DNA of 64,000 nucleotides, taken from an uncultured Alphaproteobacteria bacterium. Its GTDB lineage: Bacteria > Pseudomonadota > Alphaproteobacteria > Methylaequorales > Methylaequoraceae. Numbering within the stretch: the first letter of the stretch is position 1; each line of letters opens with the position of its first letter. The stretch spans positions 65,447 through 129,446 of the forward strand of contig CACJRF010000001.1 in NCBI GenBank assembly GCA_902595755.1, read 5' to 3'. The notes beneath the pieces were generated by a model, which was not told the DNA's origin, searched no databases, and saw only the letters and a program-made list of their open reading frames with translations. The position numbers and the translations under genes were made by a program. Below are positions 49,527 through 58,317 of the stretch, piece by piece.

Positions 49527-49755
49527 AAAAATAAAAATAAAAAAATGAGTATAAAATTACTTTTATGTTTGCAAACAATTGTTTAAAGTATATTTATTTT
49601 CATTTTATACAATAATATCAATTACTTATAAATTTGATTAATTTTTAATCAATCTGTTAAAACATAGAGAAAATAAAGATTTGACAAAAAAACTCTTAGA
49701 TAATCAACAACTTTATCCACAATATTAGTGGATAGTAATTTTTATTTTTATTTTT
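49527..49755. repeat. Perfect 17-nt inverted repeat (AAAAATAAAAATAAAAA / TTTTTATTTTTATTTTT) bracketing a palindrome-rich 195-bp core in the SDR-uvrC spacer
   Basis: 49527-49543 is the exact reverse complement of 49739-49755. Internal palindromes: GTTTGCAAAC (49567-49576), AAACAATTGTTT (49573-49584), TGATTAA-N3-TTAATCA (49635-49651) and TATCCAC-N7-GTGGATA (49714-49734). Confidence 0.6.
49713..49735. promoter_or_regulatory. DnaA-box-like palindrome: perfect TTATCCACA plus an inverted near-box (TAGTGGATA)
   Basis: TTATCCACA at 49713-49721. An inverted 7/9 match lies at 49727-49735 and a weaker direct 7/9 match (TAATCAACA) at 49701-49709. The cluster sits about 20-40 nt upstream of a TATAAT hexamer (49755-49760) and 53 nt upstream of the uvrC ATG. 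Confidence 0.3.
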
Positions 49756-49787
49756 ATAATAAAAGCAATACTTTAGATTAATTATAT

Positions 49788-51638
49788 ATGAGTAAAAATA
49801 TTAAATTTGATTATAAATTTGGGGTAAAATTAATAAAAAGCACTCTAAATAAACTTCCAAATGGTTCAGGAGTATATAAGTTTATTAATATATATAACGA
49901 AATTCTATATATTGGTAAGGCGAAGAATCTTAAAAAAAGAGTTTCCTCCTATACTAATCTATCAAAGCAATCAAATAGGATTAAACTATTAATAAGTTCA
50001 TTAAAAAAAATTGACTTTATTAAGACTCACACAGAGTCTGATTCTCTTATTCTAGAAAATAATTTGATAAAAAAATTTAAACCAAGATTTAATATTCGTC
50101 TAATTGATGATAAAAGCTACCCATATATTCTCATTTCGACATCAAAAGAATGGCCACAGATAAGAAAATATAGAGGAAAGATAAACAAAAAAAATAGTTT
50201 CTTTGGTCCATTTTCCAGCTCAAATTCAGTTGATAATATACTAAAGCAAATCGAAGCAGCTTTTTTACTAAGGAATTGCTCTGATAGAATGTTTTCGCTT
50301 AGAAAAAGACCATGTATAAAATATCAAATCAAAAGATGTAGTGCACCATGTGTAAATTTCATTTCAAAAGAGAAGTACGGAAAACTTGTTAAAGAAGCTG
50401 TAGATTTTCTTAAAGGTAAAAACTTTGATTATAAGAAAAATTTAATTAAAGAAATGGAGGCAGAAAGTAAGTTGCAGAATTATGAGAAAGCAGCTAGTCT
50501 AAGAGATAGGATAAAAGCGCTGAGCAAGATCACTAATGAAAGATATTCTGATATCAATTCCGATGAAGATTTTGATATTATTTTCATTAAAGAAAAATAT
50601 GAGATGATTGCCATCCAAGTTTTTTCTTTTAGAAAAGGAAAAAATCTTGGTAATAAAAGTTTCTTATTTTCTGATCTTATTTTTGATAAAACACATGAAA
50701 TTTTAGAACAATTCATAATGTTTTTTTATTCTCAAAATACTGTACCAAAAGAAATTTTCGTTAATGAAAAATTAAAAAATATTGATTTATTCAAAAATTT
50801 ATTAAGCAAAAATACAAATTTTAAAGTAAAAATTAAACTACCACTCAGAGGTAAAAAGAGAGAATTGATGAAAATAGTTGAGAATAACGTTGATGTGGTT
50901 CTAAATAAGAGGGTTTCAGCAAAAGAAAAAGAAAAATCTATCCTTAATGAAATTAAAACTATACTCAGCCTAAATAAAAACCCTAATAGAATTGAAGTTT
51001 ATGATAACAGTCACCTAAATGGTACAAATCCAACAGGTGCGATGGTAACTTATGAAGATCTATTATTCCAAAAAAACTCATATAGAAAATTCAATATAAA
51101 AACCTCAAAAGAGAGAGTTAATGATGATTACTATATGATGAGACAAGTTTTTGAAAGAAGATTTAAATTTGATAAAGAATGGAAAAAGAAAATTCCCGAC
51201 TTAATTATTATTGATGGTGGAAGAGGACATCTAAATATCGTCAAAAAAGTTTTAGAAAATTTTAAAATTAATGACCTAGATATTATTGCTATTTCAAAAG
51301 GTGTTAATCGAAATAATGGAGATGAGACAATTCATACTAATGAAAAAAGTATTAATTTTGATAAGAGAAGTCAAAATCTTTTTTTTCTTCAAAGATTAAG
51401 AGATGAAGCTCACAGATTTGCAGTTTCGTCAACAAAATCTAGACATGAAAAATCATTAAAAAATTCAATATTTGATAAAATTGAGGGTTTGGGAAAAAAA
51501 ACTAAGTCAAATCTTCTTTCTTATTTTGGCTCTATTGATAATATAAAAACAGCAAGTATTGGTGATCTAAAAAAAGTTCCTAATATTGGTACCAAAATGG
51601 CAAAAAAATTATATTATGAGTTTAATAGAAATGTTTAA
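49788..51638 (+). CDS. uvrC: Excinuclease ABC subunit C
   Basis: 616 aa with a GIY-YIG N-terminus (GVYKF......ILYIGKAKNLKKRV), a UVR domain (..YEKAASLRDRI), an endonuclease V-like domain and a C-terminal HhH. Confidence 0.95.
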   Translation: MSKNIKFDYKFGVKLIKSTLNKLPNGSGVYKFINIYNEILYIGKAKNLKKRVSSYTNLSKQSNRIKLLISSLKKIDFIKTHTESDSLILENNLIKKFKPRFNIRLIDDKSYPYILISTSKEWPQIRKYRGKINKKNSFFGPFSSSNSVDNILKQIEAAFLLRNCSDRMFSLRKRPCIKYQIKRCSAPCVNFISKEKYGKLVKEAVDFLKGKNFDYKKNLIKEMEAESKLQNYEKAASLRDRIKALSKITNERYSDINSDEDFDIIFIKEKYEMIAIQVFSFRKGKNLGNKSFLFSDLIFDKTHEILEQFIMFFYSQNTVPKEIFVNEKLKNIDLFKNLLSKNTNFKVKIKLPLRGKKRELMKIVENNVDVVLNKRVSAKEKEKSILNEIKTILSLNKNPNRIEVYDNSHLNGTNPTGAMVTYEDLLFQKNSYRKFNIKTSKERVNDDYYMMRQVFERRFKFDKEWKKKIPDLIIIDGGRGHLNIVKKVLENFKINDLDIIAISKGVNRNNGDETIHTNEKSINFDKRSQNLFFLQRLRDEAHRFAVSSTKSRHEKSLKNSIFDKIEGLGKKTKSNLLSYFGSIDNIKTASIGDLKKVPNIGTKMAKKLYYEFNRNV

Positions 51639-52182
51639 ACTTAAAAATATACCAAACCTCTTAACTTTGATAAGAATTTTGCTTATTCCAGTAATTATTT
51701 TATTTATGGAAATAGATGAAGAGTTGTATAGATGGTTGTCTCTATGTTTATATTTTATAGCTTGTATTTCTGATTTTTTTGATGGTTATTTAGCCAGAAA
51801 GTTTGAGATTGAGTCAAATTTTGGTAGATTTCTTGACCCAATAGCCGATAAAATACTTATTGTATCGATTATATTTATCTTGATTGCGCAATCAAAAATT
51901 AATGGACTATTTGTATATGCTGCATTAATAATAGTAATAAGGGAAATCTTAGTATCAGGTTTAAGAGATTTCTTTTCTCATTCCTCTGCAAATTTATTAG
52001 TAACTAATTTGTCAAAATGGAAAACTCTTATTCAGATGTTTTCTTTGGGATTTCTGATTGTTTCAGATAATTTCGAAACAATTTTGATATTATATACTGG
52101 CCTTGTTGGTCTCACAGTTTCCTCTATAATTACAATCCACACAGGGTATTACTATTTCAAAAAAAATTTAAAACTTTTTTAA
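51631..52182 (+). CDS. pgsA: CDP-diacylglycerol--glycerol-3-phosphate 3-phosphatidyltransferase
   Basis: The CDP-alcohol phosphotransferase motif is DFFDGYLARK......G..LDPIADK. ATG 51631 (MFKLKNIPNLLTLIRI..) aligns with the E. coli PgsA N-terminus and overlaps uvrC by 8 nt. ATG 51616 and TTG 51586 are alternative starts. Confidence 0.9.
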   Translation: MFKLKNIPNLLTLIRILLIPVIILFMEIDEELYRWLSLCLYFIACISDFFDGYLARKFEIESNFGRFLDPIADKILIVSIIFILIAQSKINGLFVYAALIIVIREILVSGLRDFFSHSSANLLVTNLSKWKTLIQMFSLGFLIVSDNFETILILYTGLVGLTVSSIITIHTGYYYFKKNLKLF

Positions 52183-52688
52183 TGAAGAATATTTTTGGAA
52201 TAGTTGGGTGGAGTGGTTCAGGTAAAACTGATTTAGTGACTAGGCTAATAAATTTTTTTGTATTAAACTCTCTTGTTGTTTCATCAGTGAAACATACTCA
52301 TCATCAATTTGAAATAGATAAAGAAGGAAAAGATAGCTTTAAACATATTAATGCTGGGTCAAGTGAGGTTATTATATTTAGTAAAAAAAAGTGGGCTATG
52401 ATTAGTAAATTACATGAGCAAGATATTAAATTTGAGGAAATTCTAAATAGGTTTAGTCCTAAAACAAATATAATATTAGTTGAGGGCTTAAAGTATAGTA
52501 ATTTTCCTAAAATTGAGGTGATAAGATCCACGTTAAACAAACCACTACTTTTTAAGAATGACAAAAATATTAAGGCGATTGTTTATGATAAGAGGTTTGA
52601 TGGCCTAGAAAATGTAAATAAACCATATTTTATGTTTAATGAAACTAACAAAATTGGTAATTTTATTAAAAATTATTTTAAATTATGA
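52182..52688 (+). CDS. mobB: Molybdopterin-guanine dinucleotide biosynthesis adapter protein MobB
   Basis: 168 aa with the P-loop GIVGWSGSGKT, ..VKHTHH.. and ..VEG.K. Confidence 0.85.
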   Translation: MKNIFGIVGWSGSGKTDLVTRLINFFVLNSLVVSSVKHTHHQFEIDKEGKDSFKHINAGSSEVIIFSKKKWAMISKLHEQDIKFEEILNRFSPKTNIILVEGLKYSNFPKIEVIRSTLNKPLLFKNDKNIKAIVYDKRFDGLENVNKPYFMFNETNKIGNFIKNYFKL

Positions 52689-53917
52689 TAAAAAAAAAAA
52701 AAATACCTGAATACGTTAGTTTGAAATATGCAAAAAACAAGATGCTTAGTTCTATTTCAAAAAAACTAGATCCAATAAAAATTCATGTAAAAGATTCTGA
52801 AGGAAGAGTTTTGTGTGAGGACATTTATTCTAATATTAATATTCCAGAAGAAAATAATTCTGCTGTTGATGGTTATGCAATAAATAATAACTTAACAGAC
52901 TATAACAAAATTAAAATTATTGGAGAGTCAAAACCAGGTAAACCTTTTTTAAAAAAAGTTAAAAAAAATCAAGCAATAAGGATTTTTACAGGTGCTTATT
53001 TATTAAGTGTTAATAAATTGAATACTGTTTACATGGAAGAAAACTGTACAGAAAAAAATAATTATCTTAAATTTAAAAAAAAAATTAAAACAGGGTCGAA
53101 TGTAAGACTTACAGGAGAGGATATAAAAAAAGGTACAATATTATTTAAGAAAGGAAGAAAATTAAAAATTCCAGATATTGCACAAATTCTTTCATTAGGT
53201 ATCACAAAAATCAAGGTTTATAAAAGGCCTCTAGTTGGTTTATTTTCAACTGGAGATGAAATAGCAAAACTATATACAAAGAAAAAGAAATTCCAAATTT
53301 ACGATGTAAATAAATATCTTTTAATGTCATTATTTTCAAAAATTGGTTGTGAGGTTATTGACTTAGGAATTATTGAAGATGATTTAGAAAAAACAAAAAA
53401 GCTAATATTAAAAAGTAAAAGGTATGATCTACTAGTTACAAGTGGAGGTATTTCAAAAAGTTACACCGATAATGTTAGTAAGATTATGACGAATTATGGT
53501 GATCTTTTATTTTGGAGAATTAAGATAAAACCTGGCCGTCCCTTTGCATTTGGAAAAATCAAAAAATCTTTCTTCATTGGTTTTCCAGGTAATCCTGTAG
53601 CAGCAGTTGTTACTTTTTTAATGTTAGCAACCTCATTTATTAAGAAGTTATCAGGTAATGAAAATTATAAAAATGTACCAGATTACCTTATTTCAGATTT
53701 TTCGATGAAAAAGAAAAAAAATAGAGTTGAATGGCTCAGAGGAATTTTTATAAATAAAAATAAAAAAAAAATCTTAAGAAAATTTCATACTACTGGATCA
53801 GGTATAATAAGCTCATTGAGTCAATCAAATGGTATTATTCAAATTGACGAGGAGGTTGAGGAGATTACTAAGGGGAATATATTAAAATTTTTTAAATATC
53901 AGGATTTGTTAAGTTGA
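52685..53917 (+). CDS. moeA: Molybdopterin molybdenumtransferase MoeA
   Basis: 410 aa with ..NSAVDGYAI.., ..TGDE.., TSGGIS.. and ..KPG.P..FG...... .GFPGNPVAA. Confidence 0.9.
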   Translation: MIKKKKIPEYVSLKYAKNKMLSSISKKLDPIKIHVKDSEGRVLCEDIYSNINIPEENNSAVDGYAINNNLTDYNKIKIIGESKPGKPFLKKVKKNQAIRIFTGAYLLSVNKLNTVYMEENCTEKNNYLKFKKKIKTGSNVRLTGEDIKKGTILFKKGRKLKIPDIAQILSLGITKIKVYKRPLVGLFSTGDEIAKLYTKKKKFQIYDVNKYLLMSLFSKIGCEVIDLGIIEDDLEKTKKLILKSKRYDLLVTSGGISKSYTDNVSKIMTNYGDLLFWRIKIKPGRPFAFGKIKKSFFIGFPGNPVAAVVTFLMLATSFIKKLSGNENYKNVPDYLISDFSMKKKKNRVEWLRGIFINKNKKKILRKFHTTGSGIISSLSQSNGIIQIDEEVEEITKGNILKFFKYQDLLS

Positions 53918-54162
53918 AAATTTTATATTTTGCAAGAATCTCAGAAGAACTAGGTAAAAATCAAGAACTTTTGATTATAAAGGATAAATTAAAAATAATA
54001 GATGTAATAAATATTTTAAAAAGTAAAGACGAAAGATATAGTTTAGTTTTTAAAAAAATATCAAATATTAAATTTGCCATTAATTGTGAATATGCAACTA
54101 AAAACGACTATATAACTAATAATGACGAGCTAGCAATATTTCCACCAGTTACCGGAGGGTAA
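53914..54162 (+). CDS. moaD: Molybdopterin synthase sulfur-carrier subunit MoaD
   Basis: 82 aa, MKILYFARI.EELG.., with the ubiquitin-like C-terminus ..FPPVTGG. The TTG start overlaps the moeA TGA. Confidence 0.88.
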   Translation: MKILYFARISEELGKNQELLIIKDKLKIIDVINILKSKDERYSLVFKKISNIKFAINCEYATKNDYITNNDELAIFPPVTGG

Positions 54163-54581
54163 TGAAAATCTATTTTCAGAAAAAAGATTTTAATCTCAGC
54201 AAAGAATTAAATAACTTTTCTAAAAAAAATAAAAAAGTAGGTTCAATAATCTCATTTGTTGGAAAGGTTCGTCCATTTAATAATAATAAGAAAATAGAAT
54301 CTATGGAAATTGATTGCTATAAAAAAATGGCACTTTACCAAACTGAAAAGATCATTGATATTTTAATTTCAAAAGGAGATATTGTAGATTATCAGGTCAT
54401 TCATAGATTTGGTAAATTATTTCCTTCTGAGAATATCATTTTAATATTAGTAGCTAGTAAACATAGAAAAGAAGGTTTTTTTTTTATAGAGAAGTTAATA
54501 GAGTGGTTTAAATCTAAAATTACATTTTGGAAGAAAGAATTTTATCTAAACAGTTCCACATGGCTAAAATCACAAAAATAA
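54162..54581 (+). CDS. moaE: Molybdopterin synthase catalytic subunit MoaE
   Basis: 139 aa with ..GSIISFVGKVR.. and ..HR.G.L...E.I.L..V.S.HR..F......I...K....WKKE. Confidence 0.88.
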   Translation: MKIYFQKKDFNLSKELNNFSKKNKKVGSIISFVGKVRPFNNNKKIESMEIDCYKKMALYQTEKIIDILISKGDIVDYQVIHRFGKLFPSENIILILVASKHRKEGFFFIEKLIEWFKSKITFWKKEFYLNSSTWLKSQK

Positions 54582-54583
54582 AA

Positions 54584-55450
54584 TTATTTAATTACTAATT
54601 TTTTAAAGTTTTCTATCAAAAACTTTGTAGTTTCTCCAACACGAAATTTATAGTCATCAATTGAGGCCACTGGGGTAATTTCAACAGCTGTACCAGTCAA
54701 GAAAACTTCCTCACAATCTTCTAGAAAATCAAGATTAAAATGATCTTCTATAACCTGAATTTTATGTTCTTTTGCAATCTTTATTACGCTCTGACGTGTT
54801 ATACCGTCTAAAAAACAGTCAGGTCTGGGAGAATATAACTTTTTATTCTTCACAAAAAAAATATTAGCTCCTGTTGCCTCAGCTATATAGTTTCTGTAGT
54901 CCAACATTAATGCATCGTCGAAACCATCTTTCTCTGCCTCGTGTTTACTTAAAGAACAAATCATATATAAACCTGCAGCTTTACTATTAGTTGGTGCTGA
55001 GTCTGGTGATGGTCTTTTCCATCTAGAGACTGTTAATTTTATTCCTTTTTCAATCAAATCAGGAGAAAAATAGGACGGCCACTTCCACGCTGCAATAGCA
55101 ATATTTGTACTGGCGTTAATTGCAGATATTGCCATTTTCTCACTTCCTCGCCAAACTACAGGTCTAATATAACCATTTGTTATTTTTTCCTTATTGACTA
55201 ATTCAATTGTCTTACTAATTATTTCATCAATACTATATTGTATTTTAAGATCTAAAATTAAGGCAGATTTAAAGAGTCTTTGAATATGTTCTTCTAATTT
55301 AAATATTTTTTTTTCATAGACCCTCAAACCCTCAAAAACACAGCTAGCATAATGTAATCCATGATTAAGAACATGAATATTTGAATCTGTCCATTTCTTG
55401 TATGAACCGTTAAACCATATTACGCCATGTTTATTTGCAAAAGAAATCAT
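54584..55450 (-). CDS. ilvE: Branched-chain amino acid aminotransferase (class IV PLP enzyme)
   Basis: 288 aa with ..IWFNG......D.NIHVL.HGLHYAS.VFEG.R.Y, ..YIRP and ..LDGITR..V. Confidence 0.9.
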   Translation of the reverse strand: MISFANKHGVIWFNGSYKKWTDSNIHVLNHGLHYASCVFEGLRVYEKKIFKLEEHIQRLFKSALILDLKIQYSIDEIISKTIELVNKEKITNGYIRPVVWRGSEKMAISAINASTNIAIAAWKWPSYFSPDLIEKGIKLTVSRWKRPSPDSAPTNSKAAGLYMICSLSKHEAEKDGFDDALMLDYRNYIAEATGANIFFVKNKKLYSPRPDCFLDGITRQSVIKIAKEHKIQVIEDHFNLDFLEDCEEVFLTGTAVEITPVASIDDYKFRVGETTKFLIENFKKLVIK

Positions 55451-55543
55451 AATTTTATTTAAAAAATATCAATTAATATTTTAAAGTAAATTGAAATATT
55501 ATATCATTAAATAGTAAATTAAAACAAAGATAACTACAAAAAT

Positions 55544-56230
55544 ATGTCAAAAAAATCACACCTTTTATGTGTAGATGATGATCTTAAAATTATTGAGCTA
55601 CTTGATATTTATCTTAAAGGTAAAGGTTTCAACGTAACTACATGCTCTTGCGCAAGTGAAGCTTCAGATCTTACTGATTTTTTTTTATATGACATGATTA
55701 TTTTAGATATTATGATGCCAAATGTTTCAGGTATTGATTTTCTTAGAAATTTTAGAATAAAAGATAAAAATACTCCTGTTTTAATGCTTACGGCAAATAG
55801 TCAAATTACAAAAAAGGGTGACTCATATGATAGTGGTTGTGACGACTATTTAATAAAACCTTTTGAGCCGGATGAACTTCTTATGAGAATAAAAAAACTT
55901 TTAAATCCAAGACTAAATAAAAATAAAATTAATAAACCCTCATATTTTGGTGAATATATTTTTGATGCTACTACAAAAGTTTTAAAAAATAATGATAATA
56001 TAATAAATCTAACTTCTACAGAAATTACTATAATTGAGTTCCTTGTGAAAAATGTGAATAAAGTAATATCTAGAGAACAAATAGCTAAAACTCTCGGGGA
56101 AAATTTAAACTTAAGATCAATTGATGTAACTATTACTCGACTCAGAAAAAAGTTAAAAACATCTAATAACGATTCAATTCTCAGAACAATCAGAGGTAAA
56201 GGTTATATGTTAGTTAGTGAATATGAGTAA
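55544..56230 (+). CDS. OmpR-family two-component response regulator
   Basis: 228 aa with a receiver domain (..LLCVDDD.., phospho-acceptor ..MIILDIMMP.., ..LMLTA.., ..DDYLIKPF) and a winged-helix output domain (..RSIDVTITRLRKKL.. ..RTIRGKGYML). Confidence 0.92.
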   Translation: MSKKSHLLCVDDDLKIIELLDIYLKGKGFNVTTCSCASEASDLTDFFLYDMIILDIMMPNVSGIDFLRNFRIKDKNTPVLMLTANSQITKKGDSYDSGCDDYLIKPFEPDELLMRIKKLLNPRLNKNKINKPSYFGEYIFDATTKVLKNNDNIINLTSTEITIIEFLVKNVNKVISREQIAKTLGENLNLRSIDVTITRLRKKLKTSNNDSILRTIRGKGYMLVSEYE

Positions 56231-57515
56231 TTTTTTTCTTAAGAAACTATCACCTAAAAAGTTATTTCATAGATTAATTTTAATATTTTTAATTCCACTT
56301 ATTGTCACTCAAATATCTGTGATTTTCTTTTTTTATGAAAGACATTGGGAAAAAATTATAAATAGATTTGCAAATATAGCTGCAAATGAGATTACTTTTA
56401 TAATAAATGAGCTTGAAAAAAATAGAATAGATAATGCCAAGCAGATTGCAACAAATCTTAACCTCATAATTTACGAAAAAAATATAGAAGGTCAAAAGAA
56501 TACTAAACTTGGAGTTTTTGAAAGAAAGATTAAAGAAATAATTCAAAATAGAGTTTCAAGAACTCAAGAGGTTGTTTTTTTAGAAGAAGAAGTTTTATTT
56601 AAGTATTATATAAATAATCGAAACTTTATAATTAGTTTTCCAAAAAAATATCTCTTAAGTCAAACTCCTATAATTCTATTCTTATGGATGATTTCAATTT
56701 CATTAATCTTATCTTTAATTGCATTCTTATTCTTAAGGAATCAAATGCGAGCTATTCAAAAACTTGCAATGTCAGCCGAAGATTTTGGTAAGGGAAAAGA
56801 AATTAAGATTTTTAAACCAACTGGTGCGATGGAAATTCGACAGGCAGGTAATGCATTTTTGAAAATGAGAAGAAGAATCAATAATTATATGAGTCAAAGA
56901 ACCAGCTTTTTAGCAGGAATATCTCATGATCTTGGAACAATAATTACTAGAATAAAACTTAGGTTAGAATTACTTGAAAAAACAGAAAATATTAAACAAA
57001 TAAAACATGATGTTGAGATAATGCAAAACTTTTTAAAAGAATATTTAGATTTTACAGAAACAGTTAATGTAAATAAAATAGTGAAAATTAATATTTCTTT
57101 ATTAATAAATGAAGTTATCCAGTCATCAAATTTTAAAAACAAAAAAATTGAAGTGAAATGTCCAAAAAATTATTTCGTAAGTACTGATAAAAGCTGTTTA
57201 TACAGAATAATTTTTAACCTATATGAGAATGCAATAAAATTTGGAACTCTTGTTAAAATAAAGGTAATCAAGGAAACTAATTATTATATGATTTTTATAA
57301 AGGATAATGGACCTGGAGTTCCTTATCAACTGAGAGGAAAAATCTTTAAACCCTTTTTTAAAATAGATGACTCAAGAAATCTTGATAAGGGTGGATCTGG
57401 TCTCGGCTTAAGTATAGCAAGCGAACTTTCCAAAAAAATTAAGGCAAAAATATCATTGAGGCCAAGTAAAAGTGATGGAGCAATATTCTTAATCCGAATT
57501 CCACTCAAATATTAA
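56217..57515 (+). CDS. EnvZ-like sensor histidine kinase (2 TM, HAMP, HisKA, HATPase_c)
   Basis: 432 aa with two TM helices, a HAMP region, the H-box FLAGISHDLGT and the N/G boxes (..LYENAIKF.., ..DNGPG.P.., GGSGLGLSIA). The start is GTG 56217 or ATG 56223 and overlaps the regulator stop. Confidence 0.9.
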   Translation: MNMSNFFLKKLSPKKLFHRLILIFLIPLIVTQISVIFFFYERHWEKIINRFANIAANEITFIINELEKNRIDNAKQIATNLNLIIYEKNIEGQKNTKLGVFERKIKEIIQNRVSRTQEVVFLEEEVLFKYYINNRNFIISFPKKYLLSQTPIILFLWMISISLILSLIAFLFLRNQMRAIQKLAMSAEDFGKGKEIKIFKPTGAMEIRQAGNAFLKMRRRINNYMSQRTSFLAGISHDLGTIITRIKLRLELLEKTENIKQIKHDVEIMQNFLKEYLDFTETVNVNKIVKINISLLINEVIQSSNFKNKKIEVKCPKNYFVSTDKSCLYRIIFNLYENAIKFGTLVKIKVIKETNYYMIFIKDNGPGVPYQLRGKIFKPFFKIDDSRNLDKGGSGLGLSIASELSKKIKAKISLRPSKSDGAIFLIRIPLKY

Positions 57516-58317
57516 ATTTAAAACTTTTTGCAAGTATTATTGATTTATTTTTTGCATTTTTTAAGGCTGTATTAAATTTATTAAATATTATTTTTTTCTC
57601 CTTTAAAATTTTCATAGCTTCCTCTGTTGTTCCTCCTTTACTGGTAACTTTATTGATAAATAAATTTAAATTTTTTGGATGTTTTTTTAGTATTTCACAA
57701 GTACCTTCTAACAGTTTTACTAAAAGATTAATTGAATCTTTTTCTTTAATTTTATTTTTTTTTGATATTTCATTGAAACAACTCATAATATAAAGAAAGT
57801 ATGCTGGCCCACCCCCAAACATAGCTGTAAAATAATCAAAGTCATTTTCATTCTTTAACCAAACAAAATATCCAAAAAAAGAAAATAGTTCTTCAAATTT
57901 ATATTTTTCGTTTGATGTAAGGTTTTTTGAAAATATTGCACTTGAACTTTTATTAAATTGAATAAATATATTTGGCATTATTCTGATAATTTTTTGCTTT
58001 TTATTTTTCAAACAACTTGATATTGATGAAATTTGCATTCCTGCGACAAAAGAAACAAACACCTTATTCTTAGTTTTTTTGTGAAATTTAGTGAGAATCT
58101 CTTTTGTTTGATTTGGTTTCACGCACAGTAGTATTATTGAGATCTTTTCAAGTACCTGATCCTCAATCTTTTTAATTATAATACAATTTTTATGATTAAT
58201 TTTTTGGGTAATATTTTTATTTTTTTCAAGAAGATAAACTTTTTTGTTTTCTAGCAACAAACCATCAAGAACAATCTTTCCAAGGTTACCACAACCAACG
58301 AGTAAAATATTATTCAC
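57505..58317 (-). CDS. proC: Pyrroline-5-carboxylate reductase
   Basis: 270 aa with the Rossmann motif ILLVGCGNLG, ..RIMPN.. and ..VTSKGGTTEEA. The 3' end overlaps the kinase 3' end by 11 nt. Confidence 0.88.
   Translation of the reverse strand: MNNILLVGCGNLGKIVLDGLLLENKKVYLLEKNKNITQKINHKNCIIIKKIEDQVLEKISIILLCVKPNQTKEILTKFHKKTKNKVFVSFVAGMQISSISSCLKNKKQKIIRIMPNIFIQFNKSSSAIFSKNLTSNEKYKFEELFSFFGYFVWLKNENDFDYFTAMFGGGPAYFLYIMSCFNEISKKNKIKEKDSINLLVKLLEGTCEILKKHPKNLNLFINKVTSKGGTTEEAMKILKEKKIIFNKFNTALKNAKNKSIILAKSFKFNI

Noticed and set aside
49545-49586. 13-codon mini-ORF (MSIKLLLCLQTIV) in the uvrC upstream spacer, considered as a possible leader peptide.
   Set aside because: It has no Shine-Dalgarno sequence, no attenuator-like alternative hairpins and no regulatory codon run. 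An ORF of this length is expected by chance.
49508-49787. The idea that the large AT-rich spacer with DnaA boxes is the chromosomal origin (oriC).
   Set aside because: It has only one perfect box and two weak ones. Flanking genes run in the same direction with no coding-strand switch. The gene neighbours reported at alphaproteobacterial origins (e.g. hemE) are absent. AT-richness carries no information in this genome. The idea is not excluded, but it cannot be supported without whole-chromosome GC skew.
55484-55524. Direct repeat AGTAAATT(G/A)AAA spaced 28 nt apart upstream of the response regulator, considered as a possible OmpR-type autoregulatory site.
   Set aside because: A rough estimate gives about a 50% chance of such an 8-mer recurring in a 93-nt A/T-rich spacer. 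There is no supporting phasing (28 nt is not a helical multiple) or further copies.
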